A stretch of 64,000 nucleotides of DNA. Source: Obrimoposthia wandeli (lineage: Eukaryota). The translations under genes and the position numbers were made by a program. Below are positions 1 to 11,127 of this stretch, piece by piece (position 1 is the stretch's first letter; every line of letters starts with the position of its first letter). Location: assembly GCA_977020255.1 (NCBI GenBank), contig CDROCS010002783.1, positions 1 to 64,000 of the forward strand. The letters are read 5' to 3'. Below the pieces are notes generated by a model that saw only the letters and a list, made by a program, of their open reading frames with translations, did not search any database and was not told where the DNA came from.

Positions 1-2205
1 TGTCTGATACATTGTCAAATAATATTCATCTACAGACTTCCTGATCTGTTTCAGAACTTTGAATGGGTGAAGCAGAAATGATTTCTGATTATCAAATAAT
101 GAAGACACAAGATATTAATCCACTATCTCAATCGTATTTGATACTAAGAGGTTACAATACATATCCTGATTGTATAATAATATTCGAAAATAAGTATTTT
201 AAAGGAAGGATATTAAAATGCGAAACAGACATGATAAGTCTCAAATATCTTCCATTAATCTCAAATAAATCTTTTTTATTTCAAAATTTCTAATAAATAT
301 AATTAAATGGAAATATATTCTTTGTTTAAGTTGCTTAGCTCGATTTATATATATTTAAGGTTTAAATTCATATAAAGTAAGAGCTAGCAAAAACTTGCAG
401 TAAGAAACTTTTTTTAAAATATTTTAAACATATATCCTAGAAATAAACGAAGAAAATATATTTTGAAAATTTTCAATTTAAAATTAGCATGATATTTCAC
501 ATGATAACCAAATTTTTGAGTTTTATTAATATTTGGAAGGCATTCTACACTTTTGCTATACTTTATAACTATGTTTTATGTTAATACTTTATATAATTAA
601 ATTTAAAGAATAACACAACATTTAAAATAAGTTTTAACTTATTTAAAACAACAATAGTGTATTAATCTACAGTAACCTTAAATTGAATCAAAGTAAATTT
701 AGAACATTTTAGAAATATGTGCATTACGAAAATTGATTTTAAGTGAGTCTTGATAATTTTTTTACTTTACACGAATACATGTTGCAATTTAATATATATT
801 TTTTTTAATAAAATCGCTTTTATTAAAATTATTTTTATATAAAATTGCACAATTGTTGACTACTTCTAGCTAAAGCTTTCAATTTGATAATGTTACTTAA
901 TCGTGATAAAATCCAACTTTTGATGTAATTTAAAAAATATTTATTATTTGTTTTAATATGTAGTTATTACAATTTTCGATACGGTTCAAATTACAAATGT
1001 GAATTTGAGAATGGCAGTCTTTTTATCTCAAGTAGGGTTCTATATTTTCAGTTACTAATCGCAAATTCAGTTGATAATGCAGTACAACGTAGGCCAGAAT
1101 ATCCGAATTTAGAAGCAGTTTTTAGAAAGAGATCAAAGCTAAAATCTGACCCAATGATTCAAGATTAAACGGATTCTATGTAAAACTATAACGTACGTAT
1201 TTCAAAAATGTTAAGAAAAAAATTATTAAGTTTTATAAATAACTAATAAAATACGTATATAAACAAATGGATTTGAAAGAAAATAGTGAAGGTAAAGATT
1301 AATTAGTTATTCCCAATTCGGTCGATAATTCCAATACTTTTTTACATAAGCTTGTATTATTTTCTCATCAAGAGTTCAATTTTTGGCATCAGCATTTCTG
1401 TCGCCTCCTATATATATGTAAGGTCGATCATTAACTACCTCAGGAATATATTCTCCACGAAGTTGGAAGTGATTTACCTGAGATTGATCTTGTTGAGGGA
1501 TCCTTTATACCCACACTTGCTTGGCCTGCATGTCAGTTGTAGGCTGCTGGCTGTCGCATCTGCTACATTGATCATTCGTTGAAGACCGATCTCAGATCCA
1601 TATATGAGCGGAAAGTCATCTGCGTACGCTAGAACGCATATTTCTTCGCCGCTATCGAATTTGTATCCAGGGCCACTGGATTGTTTCACCGCCTCAATGA
1701 CTGGGTTGATGGCCATGTTAAAGAGCAGCATCGAGGGAGGACATCCTTGTCGCACTCCTCGTCTGATCCTTATTCGATCAATCTTCTGGCTACCACAAGA
1801 GATGTTCGTCAGATTCTTTTTGTAAATGTCTGCCAGTAGTTCGATGGCGGCTTGATCCATTTTACTTCGCTGGAGCATGCCCCAGATGAAGTTTACAGGC
1901 ATCGGCTAAATCAAGGAAAGTAATATATGCTACTCCTGTTCCGGTCTCGATGTACATCCGTTGAGATCAAGTTGATCAACTCGATTCGTCCAGGCCCAGT
2001 CGCTCATTCTCCTTGCGATTATTGTTGCGAAAATCTTATAACTACAACTCATAACGGCAATAGGCCATATGTCATCATATCTGTCCTTGTGTGGCTTCTG
2101 GATGAACTTCGTTTTGAACGTTCGCCATGCATCAGGTGTCTCACATTTGTCAATGCAAGTATTGTAAAGCTTGAGTATACTTGACCTGATCAGTTCCTGG
2201 AGGGT
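1..2205. repeat. Left arm (part A) of a large inverted duplication; reverse complement of ~22850-25083
   Basis: Bases 1-63 are the reverse complement of 25021-25083. ORF 63..293 and ORF 24791..25021 encode 76-aa peptides differing at 3 residues. The RT fragments are mirrored. The arm may extend beyond the window start. Confidence 0.95.
1385..2200 (-). pseudogene. Non-LTR retrotransposon RT fragment (R2/NeSL-like RLE group), frameshifted and truncated
   Basis: Motifs IAVMSCSYKIF, GVRQGCPPSMLLFN, VLAYADDF, TCRPSKC, then HFQLRGEYIPEVVNDRPYIYIG. No thumb or endonuclease domain follows. Confidence 0.85.
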
Positions 2206-2815
2206 ATGTAGGTATTTAGTAATGCAAACATTAACACGCATAAGCCCTAATTAAAGACCCTTAATCTGCTAATAACAGTTTGTACACAGTTCTTTGAAAT
2301 TTGTGAATTTGTTTAGTAAATATTGATTACATTAAAAATATGATAACTTGAAGGAATAAAGGATGGCAGATATCACATTTCCTAACCTAATTACATAAAC
2401 ATAATTATAGGATTTCTTAAATTTCAATAAATTTTGTTTTGAATTAATCTTAATAAAGAGTACGTAAAACAAACTTATGTTTCACCTGTAGTAAAGGATT
2501 TATAATTAGCGTGACCCTTGAATAATTGTGTTATCATTTATATATTTTGCTTGTATATCAGATTCATAATTTTTTTTTAAAGTTAATTGTATATGTAGCA
2601 TTTATTGATATTGTTGAAGTTTTCTATTAAAACTTAGAGTTCTGTAGTGATATGGCTTACATATGGATGTGGCCTACCTTTCCTGTCTCTGGCGTTTTTT
2701 ATTTGTTAAATAGTCTGTGTTCAAGGATAATGTAAAATTCTCTAAAACTATTTTTGTGTTGTGTCTAATCTAAAGTCTAAAAGCCCTGCGAGAAGGCTAA
2801 AGGATGTCGGGTTAA
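2206..2815. repeat. Left arm (part B) of the inverted duplication; reverse complement of ~20267-20900
   Basis: gtatttagtaatgcaaacattaacacgcataagccc (~2215) mirrors 20860-20895. ...gccctgcgagaaggctaaaggatgtcgggtt (~2785-2813) mirrors 20268-20297. The ~1.95 kb between parts A and B in the right copy is absent here. Confidence 0.9.
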
Positions 2816-3031
2816 TTCTGAAATTTTTGTAAGTATTTTATTTATTCTTTCAACATCAGCTTTAATAATATTGGAAATGAGATAATTGAATTTCTGTTTT
2901 TCCACCGATACTGGATATCTGAAATTATAATGGATGGGGTTCTTGAGAAAATGCATCTCGTAACCATGAAAAGTATGAACACGTTGATACAAATCGGTTA
3001 TGGCTTGCATTTTTATGAAATTTCTCATCAT
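2777..3031 (-). pseudogene. Polinton accessory ORF X (unknown function), 3'-truncated by the inverted-repeat boundary
   Basis: DLYQRVHTFHGYEMHFLKNP...VEKQKFNY aligns with DLYQRVHNY*AYEMHFLKKP...VEKLKFDY at 38159-38551. Similarity stops at ~2815. Confidence 0.75.
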
Positions 3032-3189
3032 TTATATATAAAATCAATGTAGATATTAACCAATGAGAGTTAAATGGTGTGTTTATAGAACTTTATTAAT
3101 TATTCAAAACAAATTATCTATAGAATATTCTAGTTAAATAATTATATTATATTTGTTTTATCGCATCAATGAATTAATTATCAAAAAAA

Positions 3190-3399
3190 GTGTTTAATAT
3201 GGAAGAAGAAACAATTCAAAGGAACCGCAACAGAATTCTGGATCTCGAAGACTTATCCTTTGAAGAGAAGGTCCATATGCTTCAACCGTTTATGGTCAGA
3301 GAAGCTCTGGAGGTAGAGGACATACCTGGGTTTGTGAGATTTAACCCAGGACTTACATTTAATCTTGCTCCTCAGTGGACTTCATTGGTTACATCGTGA
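3190..3399 (+). CDS. Small Polinton accessory ORF S (69 aa, unknown function)
   Basis: SFEEKVHMLQPFMVREALEVEDIPGF aligns with SLEEKIELIESFLKKEALEPREQPGF on the minus strand at 38826-39004. Confidence 0.6.
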   Translation: MFNMEEETIQRNRNRILDLEDLSFEEKVHMLQPFMVREALEVEDIPGFVRFNPGLTFNLAPQWTSLVTS

Positions 3400-3736
3400 C
3401 CTATGAGAATGAACAACTGGCCCTCTTCAGTTCCAAAAAACTTTAATTGTGTCTTGTTTATTTTTTATTAATTTGTTATTGCCTACGTTTCTTTTTAAAA
3501 TACTTAACATTTGTAAAGTCTAGAGAAAACATAAAGTCTATTCATTTTATAAATATTTAGTTTTTATTTAACCTATTTTACTTAATATTTATCATAATAA
3601 TGAAGATCTAAACTATATAAGTTTTAATTAATAGTCTAAAAAAAATGAAGACATTTTTAGCACATATTTTGCAAATAGTTGTAAAAAAGTTTAAATATAT
3701 TTTTTCAAATTTTTTGCTGTTAATAAATATTTTTAA

Positions 3737-4255
3737 ATGTTTCTGCATAATATCAAATTGGTAACATGAATTATAAGGGAAAGGTTTTAAGCTCAATCAA
3801 GGACTTACCTTTTCGCTAATCAAAACCCCAACAATATCGTCTCAAATGTCTATACTATAATACTTTTTAAATCTGGTAAATTATTTTATTATAAAATATT
3901 AATATTTTTAAGACTCCTGCCGAGTAATGGGTTGTAAAAAAGTGTTAGATGAAAGCACTTTACCATTTGATATAAAAGAATTCAATCAATTACTGTTAGT
4001 GTTGACTTGGAACATTGGATAAATCTTAACAATATGAGTGAAAATATGGGAATTGATGCAGTTTATGAACCAGAAATATTTCCTGGACTTCGTTGTATTA
4101 AGTATAATCCACTTTGTGTAAACATTTTTGCTAGTGGGAAAGTTATGATTTTAGGTTTAAAGATTATGAATTTCTGGTTGAACTTATTTTGTATAATATA
4201 TCTCTGTTCACTTGTGTTTTTCCTATTCTTGTTTTATAAACAAAGCTTATTTTGA
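3737..4255 (+). pseudogene. TBP-like gene, copy 1 (intron 3876-3912; frameshifts and an internal stop)
   Basis: MFLHNIKLV...YTIILFKS / 37-nt GT-AG intron / SCRVMGCK...YEPEIFPGLRCIKYNPLCVNIFASGKVMILGLK. The YEPE-FPGL and IFxSGK motifs are TBP-repeat hallmarks. Confidence 0.8.
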
Positions 4256-4267
4256 TCTAAAATAAAA

Positions 4268-4804
4268 ATGAATGATAAAGCGATTAGTGGAGTAGATAAT
4301 GATCAAATTGATGAACAGCGAGTGGAATTTTTAAATGGATTAGCTTTTATGGAGCCTTTAATAGCTAATGCTTCTAGAATGGAAATGATGCATATGTGTC
4401 ATCTTCTTGATAGATGGATTGATTCTAAATATAGTGCTTTTATTAAAGAGATGTTAGAAAGCACGAAAATGAGTGAAATTTTAATAAATCATCTTTATAT
4501 TGATAATTATCGTGATGGGTCTGATGAAACTGAGCTCCTTCAAGCAGGATTTACTCATGTTATCAATACATCTCAATTTGTTATAATTCAATATAAAAAG
4601 TTAAAGTATACTTCTGTTTTCGTTAAAAGGAAAGAAACAATAATGAAATATTTTAAACACCCAAATAAAATTATCAAAGAAAATATTTAGAAAGGAGGAA
4701 AGGTTTTAGTATGTGGTCATTATGGAATACATACTGCTGTAGGAATTGTTATAGCCTACTTATCTCTTTCTATGTCTGTTAGTGCTGTGGCATTATGTAT
4801 CTAA
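4268..4804 (+). pseudogene. Dual-specificity-phosphatase-fold gene, copy 1 (in-frame stop at 4688)
   Basis: SEILINHLYI, GFTHVINTS, then after the stop GGKVLVCGHYGIHTAVGIVIAYL. This is a DSP scaffold with a degenerate P-loop. Confidence 0.75.
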
Positions 4805-5183
4805 AATGAAATCTATTTGGAGTTCAATGAGTCGTAAATCAAGAAAAATCAATAGATATTTAGTTGATAATTATCATAAATTGAACTTAACTGATGGGAA
4901 TATTTATTTTAATATAGTTGAAATTAATAATAAAATCAAAAGTATGTGTGATGTTTCAAAGGCAATTTTCTATATTTTAGATGAACATGATGGAGAAAAA
5001 GTAAAAACCATAAGAAAATATTTCCCAGAATTACAAATATTTAATTACTCTAGAACATTTAGACAGTTAGATCCTATTCCTTTTAATATTAAATGTCCAT
5101 TTAAAGAACATGGAATGCATTGTGCATATAAGAAATGTCTAAGTTTAAGTTTGGATTTCTTAATTTCGAATCGGCAATGTTAA
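4805..5183 (+). CDS. Hypothetical protein between DSP and PolB, with a C-terminal Cys/His cluster
   Basis: Open ~126 codons from the ATG at 4805. Ends in CPFKEHGMHCAYKKC. No family recognised. Confidence 0.45.
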
Positions 5184-5301
5184 CCTTACGATTATGTCAT
5201 GCATGTTTTTGTCAACTGCTGAATGTTATGTAATACAAGCAGCTTGAATTATAATAGAAGTTAATTGCTTGTATGTAAAATAACACACATCATCTTTTTA
5301 G

Positions 5302-5332
5302 TATATAAGGTTCGACGAAGTAGAAATCAGTT
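5302..5332 (+). promoter_or_regulatory. Candidate Pol II core promoter (TATA + Inr) for the PolB gene
   Basis: TATATAAG at 5302 and TCAGTT at 5327-5332, ~25 nt upstream of the ATG at 5355. Confidence 0.4.
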
Positions 5333-5354
5333 CTTCTACAAACAAACTTAGAAA

Positions 5355-8300
5355 ATGGTAAGATTGTTTTTTCTCAAAAATTATTTTTTAATTTATTTTA
5401 GAATTGTAATATGCGAAGAAAACTGTGTTTCAACACAAATCATGACGAGTGCCGAGCTCAGATGGAGCAGTACTTTGAAGTACGCAACAATGGTAGAAAA
5501 TTATTTGTCTGTCCTGTGTGTCTGTCGGCAGAACAGATCGACTGGACGAGTTTTGCAGATTGACATGAAGATCACCTGACGCATTTCCAGGTTCGAGACA
5601 AGAAATCAATTTTCAATCCTGCAAGATCTTCTCCACAATCTGCTATCACCAACTCCTCTACTGCTATCATGCCTGCTCCTATTCCTGTTGCCGTCAATCC
5701 AGCAGGTCGTAATCCTTCTTTACTAACGCATCTACTCGCAAGAGAAGTGTTATGCCCACTTCAGGTAGCTCTGCATCTCATGGAATTAGTGCGGGGGCTA
5801 GTCGGAATGTTATCCCTGCTAGCTCTGCCGCGAAGAGGGTGCGACCTAATACGTCAGTAAGATCGGGTTTAAGGGGTTCAATAGAAACACTCTCTCTTGA
5901 TGTTTCAAGTGAAGGGATGTTGGTTTTAGATGTGCCAGAATATTTTATTGATACTCTGCGCACAACAATTTCTAAATATATTACCTGTAAGGTGCAAGTC
6001 GGAGTTAAGGTAGAATTCTCTAAGGATGAGGAGACAAAATTTTGGAATGTCTCGAATAAGGGAGTTGAATTCAGCAATGAGTTTATTACTGATGGGATTG
6101 CAGCCCTTAATCAAAAAATTGAGAATTACTCTCAGAATGGTAGTAATTGGACGGTAACCCGTTTCCATGAGATATCATTTATTGTCACAAAAACAACGAC
6201 AATGAATTATCTTCAAGGGCGGAGTTATATTCCAACTCCTTATAGGCTTGGACACACGCTGTGAATATGTCAAACGTTTTCTGCTTTTTATACAGTATTT
6301 TAGCTGTACTTTTTAGGGATTTATTTAAAAGTAACCCTACAAGACCTCGTCAATATTAGGGACTTTTCTCAGAGCCCTTTTATGATGAGGCCGATATGCC
6401 AATGCGTCTGGGCAATATACCGAGCTTGGAGAGGGAGAATCCTAAACTCTCAATCAACGTATTTTCTTTCAATAATTTCGGTTGTATTCCTCCCAATGAA
6501 GAAAATTTTAAAAATCCATTCATTGATGTAATATACCGAACCACAAATCCCAGCGGCACACCGGTAAATCTTCTTCTTTTAGAAAATGATTCTGGTTTTC
6601 ATCATGTGGCGGTTTCTAAACTAAGCAAATTACTAAATTTTAGGAATAAAGGACCTGCTACTCGAATTAGGTGTAATTGGTGCCATAAGTGTCTTCATGG
6701 CTTTAGGAATCCAGTTAGTTATACCAAGCATGAGGCTTTGTGCACAATGAACAAGGAGCATACGACTCTTTATAAGATGCCTTCAAATAAATATATCGCT
6801 TTTACTGATTTCAGTAAAACGGTATCACCTCCTTTTGCCGTTTACGCCGACTTCGAGGCAGTTTTGCCGCCGCATGGGATTCATCATCAGATTCATCTGC
6901 CCATTGCGGCCGGTATGCTGATGTCTCCAATCACAGCTGCTTCAAATGGATTTACACAGGACTAATCTTTTTTCACAGGAGAATCTTGTGTGGTGTCTTT
7001 TCTTAAAAGTTGAAGAAGTTGGCTAGGGATGTTGTTCTTCCATGGTATCGAGATCATGCTGTTGCAGTAATGCGCGCACTAACCCCGGAGCAAGTAGCTA
7101 GTTTCCATGCAGCTACTACTTGTTACCTGTGTAATAAGCGCTGCGTTAACAAGGTCAGGGATCACGACCATATGACTGGGGAATACCTTGGAGTATCTCA
7201 TTTAAAGTGTAATTTATCGCGGAGAATAAATCGTTCTTTTCCTGTTATTTTTCATAACTTGAGAGGATACGATATGCATCCTTAAGCATGCGATAACTCA
7301 GTTTTCACATTGGGATATATCAGTCATACCCCAATCAACTGAGAAATTTCAGGCTATGATCGTACACGTTCATGGAATCAGTATTCGATTTATCGATTCG
7401 CTGCAGTTCCTGAATAGCTCTCTTGCCAAACTTGTAAGTTACCTGGATGTTACACCACTTACGCATTCTGTCTTCTCATCTCAACTCGTGTCCCGGAAAG
7501 GCATATTCCCGTATGACATGGCCACTTCAGAGACTGCTCTCCGGGCAATCACAAGTCTCCCGCCTAAATGGAGTGAAGCTATAGAAGATGTCCAGTATGA
7601 ACAAGCACTGAAGGTTTGGGACGAGCACAGCTGTACATCTCTTTGGGATTACATGCTCCTGTATCTGAAGATCGACATATACCTCCTTGCCGATGTTTTT
7701 ACAACGTTCCAGAAGAAAGCCATCGCTGATGAGTCATTGGAGCCGCTCAACTTCTTCTCGATTCCTGGTAAATTTTAGTAGTAGATTTTAGTAATCATTT
7801 TCAGTAATCGATTTTCTGTAATTTTCAGTAACAATTCTTTTAAAAGTCTTTATTTTAATTCTTTAACAATTCTTTAAAAATCTTTAATTTATTTTTCTTC
7901 CCAGGATTATCATTCGCGAGCGCTCTCAAGTCTTTGCTTCCTTCTACCTCATCGCCTCATGAAATCAAGGTGGAACTTGTTCAGGATCCAGAGATGTACT
8001 CCCTGTTTCGTGACGGCATCAGAGGAGGAATGACATTTGTCAACGAACACAAGGTTGATGCAGTGAATGGTTGCGAGCTCTTATACATTGATGTAAATAA
8101 TCTGTATGGATGGGCTATGTCCCAATTTTTACCTTGTTGGGATTTTAAGTTGGTAACTGACCAGTTAGAGTTAGGGGTTATAATTTCGGAGCTCTCATTT
8201 AAGGATTTACGTTGTAGCAGCTTTGCTCATTTGATGGAGGTGGACTTATCCATTCCTAAAGAGCTGCACGATAAACTAGCCGATCTCCCCTTAGCTCCGT

Positions 8301-8690
8301 GAAAGGAATGCCCTATTGGTAGTAAACAACCAAAATTACTTCTGACTCATTACCCTAAAAAACATTATATTGTGCATTCCAGATTGCTTCAAATGTATAT
8401 AAGACTTGGTGCGAAAGTAGATTATGTAAATAGAGCAATACGGTTTGCACAAACTAATGTTTTTGCAAAGTATATTGAGGATAATTCCGCGAAAAGGGCT
8501 AGTGCTGCAAATGATTTCGAACGGGAATATTATAAATTGAAGGTTTATTCTCTGTTTGGTAAGTTAATAGAGAATTTAATGAAGAGAATTAACCTCCGTA
8601 TTTGTAATATGCCACAAAAGCTTGTTACCTATTGTAGTAAGGCCCAATTCCGTAGGACGATGGAAATCGACACTAACGTAATAGCTGTTT
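5355..8690 (+). pseudogene. polB: Polinton/adintovirus protein-primed family B DNA polymerase with embedded endonuclease VII domain; spliced, frameshifted, 3'-truncated
   Basis: Ordered motifs: GSNW...GRSYIPTP; LSINVF; PFAVYADFE; EndoVII CYLC...RDHDHMTGEYLGVSHLKCN; FHNLRGYD; FIDSLQFLNSSL; RKGIFPYD; GIRGG; YIDVNNLYGWAMSQFLP; KLKVYSLFGK. YxDTDS is missing. Predicted introns 5358-5401 and 7768-7904. Confidence 0.92.
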
Positions 8691-9573
8691 AGGTTAGATA
8701 TTGAGTAATAACGATTAGTGGGCATATTCCCAATTATTGATTTTATAGTTGAAAATAATCAATGATGTTGTAAATAGCTACTTATAAGTCAATAGGTATT
8801 AAGGAAAACTTAAAGAAACAACTTCTGAGTATTGATAAAGTCATCATATTTTTATAAAAAATCGGGTAAAATCTTTATGATTACTATTAATAGTTTTGGT
8901 TCATATAAATGGATTCTATCTTCATTAGACATTAAAAAATACTTTAAATCAATTAATATTAAGACATTGAATGAGAATTATTCAAATTTACGATTTCATT
9001 AATACATAGTAAATAAGTTATTTTCAAAGAGAGTTTTATCGAAGTCATCAATATTATCATTCCAAAGCCAATATTTAAGCATTTCATCTATTCCTTCTAC
9101 ATTCCTTCAATTAAAATCAAAGCTAGGTATGCTATTCTTTTAAAGATAAAGTTTGAAGTACTTTATTGAAATTTAGATGCAATAATGAAGAATAGTGTTA
9201 AAGAATTGACATTATGATGAATTAGAGGCTATATCTGAAAGGTATAATCTAGAATTGATTGATATATGTGAGGAAATTTATGAATTATACCTGGTTTGTT
9301 TGACATCTTGTTTGAAATAATTATGAGTAGACATTATAATGACGTATGGTCAAAACGTTGACTGTTTATATACAACTAAAATTTGATTGGATAATGGTAG
9401 AAACATGACAAATACAATTTATGTATGTTGATGATTAAAAATACGTATTTGATTAAGCAAAGTTGTATTAAGCGCTGCAATACTACGTTTAGCTTTAACA
9501 AGATTCCATGCAGAATTATTCTTTAAATCTATATTAAAAATATTAGTATTAAGATAGTGTTTATAAGACAAAG

Positions 9574-9855
9574 TTACTTCAAATATTTAATTACAATATA
9601 TCCACCAACAAACAATAAAAAACTCTTCTCCCAGAAAAAGCTCCTCTTTTTTTCTTTCATCTCTTCTTTCTTCTTATTATAGCCCAGAATTAGAAAATTG
9701 ACTGCCTTATTGTGAATTATTTTTCGTACATGCTCCTCCAGAGGTAGATCCATTGCTTCGATGATTCTCAGAACATTTTCTTCTATAAGATATTTCGATA
9801 TGAAACTCTTCACTGCCCGTTCAATATCTTGCTTGAAATAATTGCGAGTAGACAT
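9574..9855 (-). CDS. Hypothetical 93-aa protein with a hydrophobic C-terminus, in Polinton remnant 3
   Basis: ORF track; basic stretch followed by FLLFVGGYIVIKYL. The upstream ~230 bp (9830-10030) is repeated, diverged, at ~9300-9530. Confidence 0.35.
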   Translation of the reverse strand: MSTRNYFKQDIERAVKSFISKYLIEENVLRIIEAMDLPLEEHVRKIIHNKAVNFLILGYNKKKEEMKEKKRSFFWEKSFLLFVGGYIVIKYLK

Positions 9856-9899
9856 GATAATGAAGTAGGAGTGAAAGGTAAACTGTTTATATACTATAC

Positions 9900-10561
9900 A
9901 ACTAAAATCTGATTAGATGATAGGAGAATCATAAGAAATACAATTTTTGTATGATAATGATTAAAATTACGTATTTGATTAAGCAAAGTTGCATTAGGTG
10001 TAGCAATACTATGTTTAGCTTTAACAAGATTCCAGACAGTTTTAACACTCATTGAAAGAGATAAAAATGCAATAACAATACAAACAGCATGTAAACCTCC
10101 ATAATGACCACATACTAGAACTTTCCCACCATTTTGATGGTTTCTTTAATTATATTATTAGTCTGTTTCTCCTAATTTCGTATTTACATAGATTGATTTT
10201 TATTTTAATTCCTTATAAGATATCTTATCTGCTGGAGATGTATTGATTACATGTGTGAATTTCGATTTTAGAAGCTCAGTTTCATCAAACCCGTCACGAT
10301 AATTTCCAATATATAATTGATTTACTAAAATCTCGCTCATTGGGGTTTGTTTAATTTTTCCACACTAAGTTGGTTAAATCTAGCTCTAAACAAACTATCA
10401 AAAAAGGTGGGTCATATGAGACATATCCATACTGGGAGCATTACGGGTTCAATAAAAGTCAGAGCATTTAAGAAATCCAATCACTTATTTTCTTCTTTAT
10501 CAGTATCTTCAATAATTTCTTAATTTTTCTCTGCTGATGATGGTTCACCGAGGTTTTCCAT
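9900..10561 (-). pseudogene. Dual-specificity-phosphatase-fold gene, copy 3
   Basis: Minus strand reads GFDETELLKS...HVINTS...HQNGGKVLVCGHYGGLHAVCIVIAFLSLSMSV, with frameshifts. Confidence 0.75.
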
Positions 10562-10669
10562 TTTATTGACAAATTTAAAGCTATAAGAGTATTGTTTTTT
10601 TGCAAGTAATGTCTTTGTTTAGGAAATTACACAAGTTTGAAGATGTTTATTAAATAAAATACATTCAAC

Positions 10670-11127
10670 AAGATATTCATATTATAGGGTCTTAACGCCA
10701 AGTATCAAACCCCTTCCCGCTCGCAAAAAATGTTCACGCATAGAGGATTGTATTTGATATAACGTAGCCCTGGAAAAATTTCTGGTTCGTAAACTGCTTC
10801 CACTCTCATACTCTTGCTCATCTTACTCAGGTTTATTGGTTTTTCTAAGTACTAAGTACTGACACTGATTGATTGAATTCTCTCGATTTTGATATTGAAC
10901 GGAAGAGTGCTTTCATCTAGCACAGCTTTACACCCCATGATTCGACATGTTCCAAAATTATATTAAAACTTAAATGTAAAATAAATTACCAGATATGAAA
11001 ATTATAATAGTATAACTATCACACTTGTGTCGGTACTGATGTGGCTTCGAAATGGTAAGTGTTGAATATTGCTTACAACAATTCCCTTGTAATTAATATT
11101 TACAAATTTGATATTATGAAGTAACAT
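10670..11127 (-). pseudogene. TBP-like gene, copy 3 (37-nt intron at the same site, acceptor mutated)
   Basis: MLLHNIKFVNINYKG...YTIIIFIS / gtaattt...ttttg / GTCRIMGCKAVLDESTLPFNIKIERIQS...YEPEFF. Frameshifted. Confidence 0.75.

Noticed and set aside
63-293. 76-aa ORF conserved in two copies as evidence of function
   Set aside because: Conservation is explained by the recent inverted duplication; no motif recognised.
1604-2184. ORFs 1604..1825 and 1927..2184, and mirrors 22860..23162 and 23264..23485
   Set aside because: Antisense shadows of the RT reading frame.
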